From NCBI GenBank assembly GCA_950097015.1, contig CATNEN010000034.1, positions 5,580,001 to 5,644,000 on the forward strand: a stretch of DNA of 64,000 bases. Direction: 5' to 3'. The DNA comes from Macrostomum hystrix. Lineage: Eukaryota; Animalia; Platyhelminthes. Positions 61,796 through 64,000 of the stretch are shown one piece after another (the stretch's first letter is position 1; each line of letters opens with the position of its first letter). The translations under genes were made by a program, and so were the position numbers. The notes under the pieces are model-generated. The model was not told the DNA's origin, did no database searches, and saw only the letters and a program-made list of their open reading frames with translations.

Positions 61796-64000
61796 CGCCA
61801 GCCTTTCTCTTTCTTCTATCCCAGGCTGGCTGGAGAGAAATATCGACCGGAGAGCCCTACGCACTGGGACGCCACCGCACTCACCGCACTCAGTCTCAGT
61901 GCTGCTTGGGGGCCAGTAGACAGTCTAGGGGTTTGGGCTGTGTACATTCACGGCTTGAAATACAATGTACAGTCTGGGGCTTCGGCGCCCGGGGAAGGGA
62001 GGGGGTGGCTGTAATAAAATTTGGCCCGCAGAGTGGCGGAGGGGAGTTGGGGTGGCTGTCCTCGGAAAACAAAAAGTGACTCACTTTGAGATGATGCAGC
62101 TTTGCTCTGGATTGAGTAGAGATGTTCAAAATTGACAGCATTGTTGGAAAACATGTAAAGTGTAAGTGGATCAAATTTGGAGAAAATCTGACAAAGTGGG
62201 GCGACGATATGTCGAATTGAGTGATTTTTTGACGATTTTTGAGCAGTTTTTTGCACTTTTGAGCAGGAAGGAAATGATTTTTCAGGAATTTGAGTAGCCT
62301 ATTGCACTCAGCGTAGGTGGTTTTAGGTATGTGCAAAGTTTGGTGCGATTTGGTTGAGCGGTTTCGGCGTCTATAAAGACAAAAGGTTGCACACAGACAG
62401 ACAGACAGACAGACAGAGTTTTCACTTTTATATATATAGATAGATACGATCTATGATATATGAATTATCAGACGCAAAGTGCTTACTGTAAGTAGTATTC
62501 GATAAATAATAAAGTAGGATTTCTAAGTATTCGGCGTTTTTCACTTAAATGATTGTAGTATTTACTCGCAAGTAGATTAACTACGCTTCTGTAAAATATT
62601 TCTTTCAGAAAATATTTTTTCTATTATTAATACAATAATATTATGAAGTATTACTTAATCACAGTCTTATTACCATTTTTGTTAAAAAAAACAAAAATAC
62701 TTCAATAAGTGTTACGAAAAGTAAAACTGAACTTCAGAGTTGTTAGTCCAGAAATATACCCACGCACTCAACAATTTAAAAAGTTTTTAAGATCATACTT
62801 TTAGGGATCATTTCTATAGTATGTTTCGCCAGGACGTCAACCAAAATTGACCCTGGACCCAAACCCGCGAGGACGAGGCCAAGCCTGCCTTTCTGAGCGC
62901 GAAGCGGGTTACAGCTGGTTGCTTCTTCAACCTCGGCTGTAACCATTGATGACCGCTTTTCACCCTCCGAGCAGGGTGGAAAGGGAAGGCAGGCAAGCTG
63001 AGCGGTTTTACGAAATCAAAGATAAACTCACAGCTAAGTTTCTAGTCTTTATAATTTTAACGAGCGGTATTCCTCCTCCGGAAGAAGTTAAGGGAAGAGA
63101 TTTCCCATCACCTGATTTTCCATCCGTCAAACTCTAACTATGCGAAGAGAACTCCATGAACCTTCAATCACTTTAACTTAAAATAGTCCATTTTTTAGGA
63201 CAGTGAAGGTAGCCCCAGGCCAGCTCTTTTTGTAAGCACATTCCACTCAGCCAAGGCAGAGGTGCGAATTAAAAATAGAAACAATTTTCTCAACAGCCTC
63301 CTCTCCGCCCCACTTAGTGTACACCTGATTTCACTAAATAAATCAGACCCCGCTCTGCCGACCGCCGCGCCCACCTGCTGCGCGCACAATGCACTGTCAG
63401 AATGCATTGCAAGACTTTCTCCGCTTACAGCATCCACAGTTTCTCAAATTTCGTAAAACAAATCACATCCCTGAAATCAGCACTTCAAGCTCTTTCCAGA
63501 AATATAAGTTGTGCGAACGGCCACCTCTCCGCCCCATTTTCAAACCGACTGCCAACCCTCCACTCTGGACAGAAAATACACTGAACAGATAGGCGAAACT
63601 TTCTGATGCAACAATTTGATTTTTCGTCAGGGTAGAGGATATGTGTGCTACTCAATACTACTGGCACTTTCTTCTGCTTTTTGAGGATCTTAGAATTTGA
63701 AATTCCAGAATTAAAATAGCCTATATTAAAGCCGACCTAAAGCCGACCTCGGAAAATTCCCATTTTCCCATATAAGTTTCAACGCTGAGTTGCCAGTAAT
63801 TTCATTATGATTAAGTATCTTATCAAGCTCTTAGAGTACAAATACGAGTACGAACTAAAGGGAAAAATGGCCGGGAATCCAGTGACTCATGATTCACCAG
63901 AATCATCTACTGATAGTAGTCCTGTTTGCGAATGTTCGGACAGGGAAAAATTGCGTATCCCCGAAAAATGCGTTCAAATGCAACTAATATATTAACACTG

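Larger units (their letters stand above)
47479..62440 (-). mobile_element. Head-to-tail tandem array of seven internally deleted Helitron units (~15 kb)
   Basis: On the minus strand the array starts A|TC at 62440 and ends with a TGCCC/GGGCA hairpin plus CTAG|T at 47479. Internal CTAG-to-5'-end junctions at 49727, 52103, 54016, 56077, 58137 and 60515; (TCTG)n microsatellite in each 5' arm; PIF1-type RepHel fragments in every unit. Confidence 0.9.

Noticed and set aside
49192-62336. Recurrent ORFs MHIPKTTYAEC..., MQKTAQKSS..., MNCLLLCFK... and GC-rich MKSLSK.../MGIRCPHQ...
   Set aside because: They lie in the non-coding Helitron arms and nested MITE, span microsatellites and vary in frame between copies.
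63195-63995. ORFs 63195-63437 (-) and 63807-63995 (+) as further genes or a sixth EGF-TM paralogue
   Set aside because: No EGF cysteine pattern, TM segment or recognisable domain.

Overview
Eukaryotic (invertebrate animal-type) genomic DNA; the species cannot be established from the sequence alone. (1) 5.2-23.0 kb (+): an 11-exon gene whose exon phases close into about 4,478 aa once one base (17459) is removed. Its N-terminus is a plakin domain with the plakin SH3 insertion. Instead of a coiled-coil or spectrin rod there is a single ~11.1-kb exon of 11-residue D-x-x-x-Q-T periods resembling dynein light chain LC8 sites, including a 7.5-kb higher-order array of 240-bp and 513-bp units. (2) 25-46.5 kb (-): five intronless paralogues encoding tiny EGF-plus-transmembrane proteins with an unusual C-x16-C first loop and no signal peptide; two look intact and three carry lesions. 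(3) 37-44 kb: a 23-bp satellite split by a young, intact 4.2-kb Ty3/Gypsy LTR retrotransposon. (4) 47.5-62.4 kb (-): a 15-kb head-to-tail array of seven deleted Helitron units carrying complementary RepHel fragments and a nested hAT-type MITE. There are also scattered tRNA-derived SINEs and a free hAT MITE.
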